Assembly (NCBI GenBank): GCA_009602735.1
Contig: WELA01002856.1
Coordinates: forward strand, 1 to 64,000
Length of the DNA: 64,000 bases
Reading direction: 5' to 3'
From: Mesotaenium endlicherianum
Lineage: Eukaryota
How positions within the stretch are numbered: the first letter of the stretch is position 1; every line of letters begins with the position of its first letter. This document shows positions 22,600 through 32,500 of the stretch, one piece after another. The notes beneath the pieces are model-generated. The model worked only from the letters and a program-made list of their open reading frames with translations. It did no database searches and was not told where the DNA came from. The position numbers and the translations under genes are program-made.

Positions 22600-25500
22600 T
22601 GGGGAGAAGCAACCTGAAACTGAGACTTTTGCCATTTGGGAAAATGGTCTCAGCCCAGCATAGAGCACAAGTAGAAAGGTTGCTGAAGAAACACCGCAAG
22701 GTGTTTGCTTTTACTAAGGAGGAGATTGGTAGAACCACTGCCAGTGTGTGTGAGTTCACACTAACTACTGATAACCCAGTCAGACTTGGGCCGCATAAGC
22801 TCACTCAGACAGAATGGGACTGTGTGGAGAAAACTAGCGAAGAGCTGCATAAGCTCCGCATGATTGAAAAATCTACCTCAGTGCATGGGGCTCCCACAGT
22901 AGTAGTCGCTAAAAAGGACGAGGCCGGCAATTACACTGCCACTCGTATGTGTGGAGATTACAGGCGACTGAATCTGTACACGGAGCCAGACAGCTATGTG
23001 ATGCCTACGTCGGAGCGGATCTTTGCAATTGCCACCACCGGGAAGGTGTTCAGCATCATCGATCTGCGCCAAGGCTTCAACCAAATCCCTGTGAAAACAG
23101 AAGATCAAGGTAAGACCGCTTTCTGGGCTCAAAGGGAACTTTGGCAATGGACAGTAATGCCATTTGGGCTGAAAAATGCCCCAGCCATATTTCAGAGGAC
23201 TATGGATAAAGTGCTGGAAGGGCTGGATTTTGCTAAGCCATACATTGACGATGTGGTAGTATTCAGCAAGTCCATAGAGGAGCACCTCGAGCACTTCGAA
23301 CAAGTGTTCCAGCGCCTGGAAAATTTCCAGATGAAGCTGCATCCTGGGAAGTGCAGATTCTTTGAGGCACACGTGCCTTACCTAGGACATGAGATTGGGA
23401 AAATGCTATGTCCCCTCAGGCTGAGAAGACTGAGGCTATTTACAAGATACTTGCACCTGCAAATGTGTCTAAGCTGAAAGCTCTGTTAGGGCTAAGCGGA
23501 TACTATCGTAAGTTTGTGACGGATTATAGCAGAATTGCTAAACCCCTGACGGAACTCCTGAAAAAGGATGTGCCTTTTGTGTGGACAGAAGCTCAGGAGA
23601 AAGCCATGAACGAGCTTAAGGAGCGACTGGTTACAGCCCCAGTCTTGCGAACGCCTGACTACTCCAAGCCGTTCAATCTGCACACTGACTGGAGTCGTGT
23701 AGGAATTGGCGCAGTGCTCACTCAGGCCGCAAGCCCTGGAGAGGAGTATGCCATTGCCTATGCCTCACGCTCTAACAATCGAGCGGAGAGCAACTACTCT
23801 TCCTACGAAGGAGAGCTGCTGGCAGTGGTTTGGGCAGTCACACACTTCAGAGAGTATCTGTGGAGAAGACCCTTCACGCTGATCACGGATCACTCACCAT
23901 TACTATGGCTGATGAAGAATGGAGACCTCACTGGTAAGTTGGCTCGCTGGGCTCTTAAGCTGCAAGAGTACCAAATGACGGTGGTGCACAGAGCAGGAGT
24001 GCTCAACAACGACGCCAATGGACTCAGCAAGAACCCAGACCCATCTTCAGACGACAGAACAGGAGCTCGAGACAACGAAGACCCGAGCAGCCCAGCAGAG
24101 TTGGTGGCCTGCCTAGCCAAAATGGCTGGAATGGTAGCATCAGGTTAAGTTGAGCCTCTACCCCTGTTCAGTCCGAAGATCTGGAAAGATCAAGCTACTA
24201 TGCACTGGCTGAAGACGGGAACTCACTTGGAAGTGCTATCAGTGAAGGAGAAGGACCAGGTAAGCCATCGAGCTAAATGGTTTTGCTGGAAACGCAACAA
24301 CCTCTTCAAAATTGAAGAAATTGGTCAGGAGAAGTTAGTGCCAGAACCGATCAGGAGACGAGCTCTTGTGCAGGAAATGCACGAGAACACTGGACACTAT
24401 GGTGTCAAAAAGACGTATAGTCTTTTGGAGCTGTCTTATTGGTGGAGGGGCATGAAGCAGCAGTGTGAAGATGTGATCAAGGCCTGCCAAAGCTGTGATC
24501 GCGTCAAGGCTGGTTTTACATAGCAACATCCACACTTGCAACCTTTGCCAATCATGGGCCTAGGCTACCGCTGGAGCTGCGATCTCGCAGGTGAGCTACC
24601 GCTGTCTAAGCGAGGTAACAAGTATATCATGGTCATGATTGAGCATTTCTCTAAGTGGATAGAGGTCGTGCCTCTGACTGCTAAGGAGAGTCTAGGGACC
24701 GCGGAAGCACTCCTCGATGGTGTGATTGTGCGTCATGGAGCTCCAGCAAAAGTGCTGACAGACCAAGGGTCTGAGTTCCAAGGGTCTTTTCAGAAACTCT
24801 TGGATAGATGCTTCATTGATCATCGCACTACGTCTAGAGATCATCCGCAAGCAGATGGTTTGGCAGAAAGGATGGTGCAAACCGTTAAGTCTGCTTTGCG
24901 CAAGTTTTGCCTTGAGCATGACAAGCGTGATTGGGATCTGGCCCTGCCATGGTTGGTTATGGGTTACAGATTTAGCAAGCAGGCTGCCTTGGGGAATTAC
25001 TCGCCATATCAGATACTGCTTGGCAGAAGTCCAGTAGTGCCCAGCAGCATCAAGCAGGAGATTGAACAGGTGAAAGTCCTGGACAGCCCTGATGAACCGC
25101 TAAAGGTGATGGTACGTCGTAAGGCGTTATTTGAGCGCATGATGCCGGCTGCGCTGGACAATCTGAAAATTGCGCAGAAAAGAGATACGCAGCGTTACGC
25201 CAGGACGCGAGACGGGAGCTACCGCCTGCAGATGACGCACATTCAAGAAGGAGACTTCGTCTACCGCAAGCCCCAGACCAAGACCACCATCGACACCAGT
25301 TCAAGTGCAGTGATCTTACGCGTGAAACATGCGTTTGACAATGGTGTGTTAGAACTGGAAGGTTCTGATGGTAAGACCATGAGAGACCTCGTGCAGAATT
25401 GCACGCTATGCCATTTGCCGAATATTGATCCTACGGTTAGGATTGCGCCCGAGGAATTGGTGCCAGCCACGCCTTGTGCCAGCTGCAAAGTGCTGGATGA

Positions 25501-25675
25501 TCAGGAAGCAATGGTAACTTGCGATAAGTGTGGTGCCCGTTGGCACACTTTCTGCATTGGCGAGGAAGAGATTATGGCAGGACGATGGGTATGTCCTGAC
25601 TGCCTTCCTAAAACCCCTAGCCGCAGGGTTGGAAATAGCTTTCAGCAGAAAAGGCAGGGACGCCTCAGCAGCTGA
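22600..25675 (+). pseudogene. pol: Family A RT-RNase H-integrase-PHD finger, with frameshifts and stops
   Basis: RMCGDYRRLN, MPFGLKNAP, YIDD; RNase H LHTDWS; HENTGH...CQSC; DDE core (CDLAG, TDQG, LAERMV). C4HC3 PHD finger at 25475-25603. Confidence 0.92.
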
Positions 25676-25685
25676 AAGGGAGGGG

Positions 25686-25984
25686 TATAAGAGGAATTAA
25701 GGCAAAGCAAATATTTTCAAAATTTTCTGCTAAGTCTTAGGATGAGCAGATGGTGAGAGCTGGGTGAAGGAGAACATTGCTCTGAGTGTTGGTCATGGTT
25801 GCATGGTGTCAGGAGCCCAGGGATGGGTCAACCTTGGTGAGGCTTGTCACCGACACACGTGCGAAGGTTGATCGACCATGTTGGCCCACACGTGAGGAGG
25901 GCCACCGACACATCGACCAGGTCGAAGGCACACGTGCGGGAAGGCTACGCACGTGCCGAGGGACCGACACTGTTAGGCACGACA
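25686..25984 (+). repeat. Family A repeat B1 (299 bp), directly after the PPT
   Basis: About 95% identical to 27242-27545 and ends GCACGACA. Confidence 0.95.
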
Positions 25985-25986
25985 GC

Positions 25987-27241
25987 TGTCGCAAGTACTA
26001 TCCGTTTGACGGTGCCGCACGCGCAGCGCAAGCTACGGCCACCCAGGTACGAAATGTCAACGTTGACTCACCGACCACTTGATTGATTACGTCGCAGTCA
26101 GCGGTTATGTCGGCGTCAAGACCACTGGCAAGGGGTCAATGTCGATGTGCCCCACACTCAGGGATGGGGGAGGTTTTGGCAGCATAGACAGCCGCGAGGC
26201 TGGAAGCTGGGAATCAGTGATGAGTCGTCCAGCAGGTACCAAGTCAGGAATTGTGTGACTGGCAGATTAAACCAGGTCATGGCCGCATGCCAAGATTGGT
26301 TACGGCCGCCCGGTTGGAAATCTTGAGCAAGTGGCATTTGATTGTACACGCCGCTCAGGAGTTCTTAGCCATGAGCCAATTAGGCGTGACTGCCAGCTGA
26401 GAAGCTAAGCAGCCACGCGCGACAGCCACTAGGTGTGCATGCAAGCGGAGTGACTACGAGCTTGAGTTGAGCATGGCTAGGCAGAAGCGACATGCAGCTA
26501 AGCTTTGTGACTAAGCACGGCATTCTCGAAAGATGACGCTGTGTGGTGCCTGCGAAAGGCACGAATCTTGCCTGAGGCATGTCATTCACTCTCACGCACT
26601 TTTGCCAAGAAGCAGAAGGAGCAGAAGGAGCAGAAGGAAGGAGAAGAAGGGCGCAAAGAAGAAGAAGGAGTTCCCAAGGCCATTGGAGAGCCGAGGCCCC
26701 ACGCTTCTGCCGACGCTGAAGATTCTTCTCAGTGTATTATAGATAAGTTAGGATTGTAGGAGTTCCCAAGAGGGAATCTCACTGTTGAAAGTAAGAAAAC
26801 TGCAGAATAGAATCTGCTAGGAGATTAGCACAGATTCGGCCGAACGCCACAAGTGTGTGTGAAGCAGCCTTAAAATGGTGAGTTGTGTGTTAGTTTCCAA
26901 GTTCTCAGAAGTCGCATTCGCATCTCGAAGAGAGAGAGTAGTATTGGCAAATAAAGCTCTCAGTGAAGAACTGAGTGAGCCTAGCCTGACAGTGAAGAGC
27001 TGTTAAGGCGCGGTGTTGAGTGAAGAGCTTGACCCAGGCCAGCATAGACGTGTAGTTTCAAAGTTTTGTAAGCTGTGACCTTGTGAAAGTTAAGCAAAAG
27101 CCTGAAGGGCGATTTTCTTTGAATCTGACGTTGTATGTCAAGCTGCTTAGAGTGTGATTTCTGCAAACTACAATTTGCTCGCCTGTGAACCCAAGAACCT
27201 TGAGGCATAAAGCCTATGTGGAAGTAAGAGACTTCCGTCCT
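25987..27241 (+). repeat. Family A repeat A2
   Basis: Direct repeat of 9013-10267. Confidence 0.95.
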
Positions 27242-27545
27242 TATGAGAGGAATTAAGGCAAGGCAAGTATTTTTAAAATCTTCTGCTAAGTCTTAGGATG
27301 AGCAGATGGTGAGAGCTGGGTGAAGGAGAACATTGCTCTGAGTGTTGGTCATGGTTGCATGGTGCAAGTTCAGGAGCCCAGGGATAGGTCAACCTTGGTA
27401 AGGCTTGTCACCGACACACGTGCAAAGGTCAATCGACCATGTTCGCCCACACGTGAGGAGGGCCACCGACACATCGATCGGGTCGAAGGCACACGTGCTG
27501 GAAGGCTACGCACGTGCCGAGGGACCGACACTGTTAGGCACGACA
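27242..27545 (+). repeat. Family A repeat B2 (terminal, 304 bp)
   Basis: Direct repeat of 25686-25984 with a 5-bp indel. Ends GACA. Confidence 0.95.
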
Positions 27546-30500
27546 TTGATTGAAGTTGGTAAAAACATTGATTTAACTTCGTGGTTTCAATCAATTGAAC
27601 TCGGATTTTCAAACCTGCTCTCGAGGTTTGAAATCCTGAGATGTATTTGAACTAGTTCTAATCCTCGAATGACCCCTCCTCGCCGATCACTCGATCGACA
27701 AGGACTGTTGGTATTAGGCAGGGGATTCAAATAAGGTTGTCCTCGTGGAGTACTTTCTGTTTTTTGGCAACGATTTCGGGACGGCAAGGAGTAGACGAAG
27801 CGCGACATCGTGTGGAGGGAATTTGACAACTCCGCTCAATCAATTTTGTGCCTGTGCACTGTCAACGCTGTTTTGTTTAGCTGTTTGAAACTTGGTCGTC
27901 TATTTTGTCTTCGTCGCTTCGATCTCGTAAAATTCCGCAATTCGCGTTGATCAATTGAGTGCCTGTGGCCACTGTAAACCGGGCCTTAGTGTATGTAAGT
28001 CTATCAAGGGACTCAAACAACGTCAGTCTCTGGTCGACCTTGTCAATCACTTCAACTCATATGTGCACATGTCTGCACATATCTGCACATGTGTCACGAC
28101 TGCCAACCACTGGACGGTGCCACACGCTCAACGCAAGTCACGGTCGACCAGGTACGGAAAGTCAGCATTGACTCATCGACCAAAGGACTGAGTTATCTCA
28201 GTCAGCGGTTATGTCAAAGTCGTTGTCACTGTCAAAGTGGTCACGACACGTCAAACCCCACACCCAGGGATGGATGGGGATTTGGACGAAGTAGTCAGCC
28301 GAAAAGCTAGAGGTCTGGAACCAGCAATGAGCCAGCCCAACAAGTGCCAAGAAAGGTGCTGACCAATTGGCTGCCTAAGCCAAGTACAGCGGGGTGTTGC
28401 AGAGGCGTCGTGTGCCACCTCGGCCAAGACCCTCAAGTGACTAGGCACGGCTTGAGCGTTCATCTCAAACGCTGCCAGCCGCCAGCCACATAGGCATGAT
28501 TGCCAGCTGAAAGGCTAAGCAGTCCCGCGCAACAGTCGCAAGGCATGCATGCATACTCGGTGACAACTTCAAACCTGTTTGAAGGCTGCTAGGTAAGGAC
28601 AGCATGCAAAGCTAAGCGCTGTGACTAAGCACTGGCTTTCTCGGGATGAAAGGGGGAAGGGTGCGAGGAGTGCGCCCATACACACTCACGCACCCTCACC
28701 CGCGAGTGGAAGCGTGCACGAGGACCTTTCCTAGTTGCATACACAAGGTGGAGTGGCCTGGTGGTATGCCACCCTTGCAAGAGTTAGAGGACTACATGAG
28801 AGAGGAGTGGAAGAGAACTCACTTTAATAAGAAAAGTCGTGTACAAGATAAGAAGGTTAGACTGACTAACTAGACTAGACTTCCTCCACTTCTTTTTGCT
28901 TCCCATTTATGCCTCAATTCTACGTGTCCTCTCTAGCAAAGTACCTCCAGAACCTTCTACTATGGCTCCTTCCATGTAGGCGACCTTGCCTAGTTAGACA
29001 AGCTAGCACACTCACACACACAATCACGTTCTAGAATATTCTACTACACAATCCACTAACTCCTCACGGAGTTTCTAAAATTTCCACAATCACTTTGGCA
29101 CTCTACGTAATCATACATAATTTCTGGAACCCTCATAATTCAATGTCTTACTTTCTGGACTCCAATCGAAATTTTCGTCACTGGACCTGTCCTTGTCACT
29201 AAATTGTGACTGTGACACTAAAAACTCACCAAAAACTCCCAAAATTCATAATTTTTTGAATACTTGTCCAATGACTTGAAATACAGGCCAAAGTTCTTCT
29301 AAAATCACACTGTATGCATATAAAATGCTAGAAAGATACAAACTACACTTTGATAACCTTACATCATCCCCCTCCTCAAGATGCGACGTCCTCGGTGCAT
29401 ACTAAGCATAAGTGACGTCATATGAGGAATCGAGCTCACATATACGCTAGATAACACACATACACATTTATTATACAAGTTGCAGGTCTTGAACAGGCTC
29501 CAGGATGATACTCATTACTCCAAACTTGCTCCACTTAGTGAAAGCTCCATCGCATACATTGGCTCCCCACATAGCGTCTCCTAACACAAGTGCATCTTCT
29601 CTTCAACTCCTTTGTCTTGGAATAGGCCAATATCTCCATAAGGGCTGTAACATACTCCCTCCATCATCTTCACATACTCCAAAGCTGGATCCAAGGCATA
29701 ATAGTCTGCCATATCGCCAAAATACTCATTCTTCGCCCCCTTGGACAAGTGGCAACTCTTCGTCACGCCATGTGGCTTACTGAAATGAATCAACTTACCA
29801 AATAGGCGATTAACAATTAATAAATATCTTTATATCAGCAAGTAATCTTTATGGTAATTTCCGTTAACTGGTTAAACGGCAAATGACAACACACTAGCAG
29901 TGAATAATACTCGTAAGTCAAATGCGAGTAAACTAGCATCAATAATGCAAATCAGTAAACTCATACATAAGCAAGGTTAGAAGACAGTGCATATCAATGG
30001 TTTCTCGCCTTGGATTCAGATCGCTCTCAGTAAGCTGTACAAGAGAGTTGGCCTCGTTTCCGAATGCCAAACTCGAGAGCAATGCCTAGCATATGTACAT
30101 GGAATGAGTTGACTGTTCAACGGTCAGTGCCATGGCACCGCCTACCCGGGAGTTAACCACGCTGGTAGGACCTCGGTTAACCAAATCCACCGCCATCTCC
30201 CATCATCCCGAATCGCCATCCATCATAGGGATGTCATGTGGCCATTCATCTAGCATACCACACTTAGATGCATATCGAGGCAGTTCGCTGCTACCGAGTA
30301 CGGAAGTCAGCTGGCTGTCAAAGAATGTGTCAGCAAGCTGACTTAAGCTGACACCAGCCTGCTACTTCCGGCTGAGTCATTAAACTGATATTAAATATAA
30401 AGTCCAGCAGACTGACCATTAACTAGAGTTCAGCAGGCTGAACTTATTTCACTATATTATTTAAATGAATATCATATCAACCAATATACTGATTCATTAC

Positions 30501-30643
30501 AGTCCCTCCAACTTATCATGTTGTCGCCTCGACAACACTAACACTAATAACAGCGTACTGTCCCTTCCGTCCCCAGCCTACTGCCATTAGAAGGGAGATG
30601 TCCCTGAGGCCCTATACTCAGGGGAGCCAGACCTCGTCCTGTC

Positions 30644-32248
30644 TTAGGGCCTTCTGAAGCCTGTCAGAGAGGGAGGTTCCGTGTAAGGACCCCGTGGAGA
30701 ACGCAGTAACTGGGCTGTTTCCTCCTGCACAGTTTGGAGGGAGGCAACCTTCTCCTGGGCAGCCCTCAAACTGACAGGTACGTATACCGGCATCCCAGAA
30801 GGATGTTGCATGACATGAGCCAAGGGTACATGCCCTCTCTGCGAGGGAGATGCAGGCAGGCCTCTGGCTATCTCCCGAGCAGCCCTCCTGTCTGCTCTGT
30901 CTGTCTGGGTCTCTTTGCCTGGAGATGGGGTCTGTCCTCTGGCAGTCCCCAGCCAAGTGATATCCTCCTTTTCAGCGAGTTGCTGCAGGGCCATCCCCGT
31001 CTTCTCCCTTACAGGGGATGTGGCAGGCGTCAAGATCACAGCGGGGCTAGTGTCCTCCTCCTTGCCCTCCTCCTCGTCTTCCTCTGACTCCTCCTCCTCT
31101 CCGTCCCCGAGTTCCTGTGAGACTTTTGGGGTCTCTTCTGTCAGCTGCTCCAGCTCTTCCCGAGAAAAAGAATATCCTACTGACCTTCCCCTTTTGGGTG
31201 CTGGTGGGGGCTGCAGAGCCCGGACCGCATAGAGGTCCTTTCCCCCCTGCTTACTTGCCCATTTGGCATAAGCGTGCTTCCCTTTGGAAAATGACTCTCG
31301 GGCCCTGCTTCTGTCCCCCTGCATCTCTTGGCTCATGCAGTCTCTCACTCCATCCAATCTTGGGTCCCAAGCCGCAATGTGAGGGGGCAATACTATGTTC
31401 CCCTTTAGGTCTGTCAGGAAATCCTCATCCGTCGCCCTGTCATTCTGCTGGTCCCTCATGTTGATGGTCATCCACCGCCAATCAGTGGGCTTTTGGAAGA
31501 AGGCAGGGTCTGTCCTTTTAAGAGTACAAGGGTACCAGTGCCCTGCAAAGTCTAGCTGACTCGTTTCCCTGGCCACGAATTCCCAGCTCCTCCTCTCCAC
31601 CTCGTTGTACATGGCCTTGAACCTGTTATGGGGTGTTGAGTCCTTGAAGCTGTCCGCGTCCATGGGGATCATCCTGATGATCCTATCGGCCCCCCAGATA
31701 CCAGGAATCGAGACAGCTCCTGCTTCGTTCACCTGGGCCATTGCCTTGGCCTCTCCGATTGTATATCCTACCATCCTGGCGTAATTGTGGTAGAGGAGGA
31801 GCCCTGTGCTGACCTCTATATACTTGTCAAAGTTTTCGGATGTCTCCTCTTCCTTCTGGAGGATTTCCTTCTGCGACTCACTGCGACTTCTCTGGGCAAA
31901 CTTAAAGGCCTCCTCCAGTAGATCAAAGCCCTTGCCCAACACTGTGTAGCGGTAGCTGCTGATTCTCCTCTGTTCTTCTTCTTCAGCCTGCTGCTTTCGC
32001 TTCTCCTCAGCTTGCCTCTCCTCCTCTGCTTTCTTGGCCTCCTCTGCAGCTTTTCTGTCCATTTCTTCCTGCCTCAGTCTGGCCTGTTCCTCCTCCTCCC
32101 TCTTCTTCTGTGCCTCCCGCTGTTGTTGGAGTCGTTGTGATTCCCGAGCGGTGATGGAAGATGATTCGATGTCTCCACGGAATTGCAAGTATTCTGCATG
32201 TGCCTCTTCCGCCCTTCTCTTCCTGTTGAGTTCCGACTTTTGAGTCAT
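30644..32248 (-). CDS. Extra ORF of family E downstream of pol (~534 aa), function unknown
   Basis: Uninterrupted ORF from an ATG (MTQKSEL) that is conserved in E2 at 51830. E/K/R/Q-rich N-terminus, Trp-rich middle, acidic tract. Confidence 0.75.
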   Translation of the reverse strand: MTQKSELNRKRRAEEAHAEYLQFRGDIESSSITARESQRLQQQREAQKKREEEEQARLRQEEMDRKAAEEAKKAEEERQAEEKRKQQAEEEEQRRISSYRYTVLGKGFDLLEEAFKFAQRSRSESQKEILQKEEETSENFDKYIEVSTGLLLYHNYARMVGYTIGEAKAMAQVNEAGAVSIPGIWGADRIIRMIPMDADSFKDSTPHNRFKAMYNEVERRSWEFVARETSQLDFAGHWYPCTLKRTDPAFFQKPTDWRWMTINMRDQQNDRATDEDFLTDLKGNIVLPPHIAAWDPRLDGVRDCMSQEMQGDRSRARESFSKGKHAYAKWASKQGGKDLYAVRALQPPPAPKRGRSVGYSFSREELEQLTEETPKVSQELGDGEEEESEEDEEEGKEEDTSPAVILTPATSPVREKTGMALQQLAEKEDITWLGTARGQTPSPGKETQTDRADRRAAREIARGLPASPSQRGHVPLAHVMQHPSGMPVYVPVSLRAAQEKVASLQTVQEETAQLLRSPRGPYTEPPSLTGFRRP

Positions 32249-32500
32249 CCTGCTCAATCATAAACACAATGCAGTCAGTGAAGTCATGATATTATGCCGC
32301 TACTGAGTGCCCTTGATAAAGAGGAACGTGATCGGGAGAGTTCCTAGTGTGGAATACCTGGTGTGAGTGAATATAAGGGAAAATTGAGTTAGAGAGCAAA
32401 TGAGTGTGAGCGCAGGTTGAGTGTGTGATATGGTGATCAGAGAATACCACTCCCTCCTTAATTTTAAAGGTGGGCTGCCTGCCACAACTATCACTAACTG

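Larger units (their letters stand above)
9013..27545 (+). mobile_element. Ty3/Gypsy retrotransposon family A, copy 1: gag-PR-DNMT-RT-RNaseH-IN-PHD with split direct repeats (A-int-B-A-B); degenerate, interrupted by element B
   Basis: Ends are TGTC...GACA. Repeats are A1 9013-10267, B1 25686-25984, A2 25987-27241 and B2 27242-27545. Domain order is Gypsy-type (RT-RH-IN). PPT GAAAGGGAGGGG precedes B1. No TSD is visible. Confidence 0.9.
8610..27985. mobile_element. PIF/Harbinger (Tourist-like) MITE: halves 8610-9012 and 27546-27985, split by retroelement A copy 1
   Basis: 20-bp TIRs GGGCCAGTTTACAGTGGCCA (8610-8629) and TGGCCACTGTAAACCGGGCC (27966-27985) match at 18/20. TTA is present on both sides (8607-8609, 27986-27988). 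The flanks CAC-TTA/TTA-GTG fit the PIF target consensus CWCTTAGWG. Confidence 0.8.

Noticed and set aside
9013..27545. Classifying family A as a DIRS/PAT/Ngaro element because of its split repeats
   Set aside because: It encodes an aspartic protease and an HHCC/DDE integrase, and I see no tyrosine-recombinase motif.
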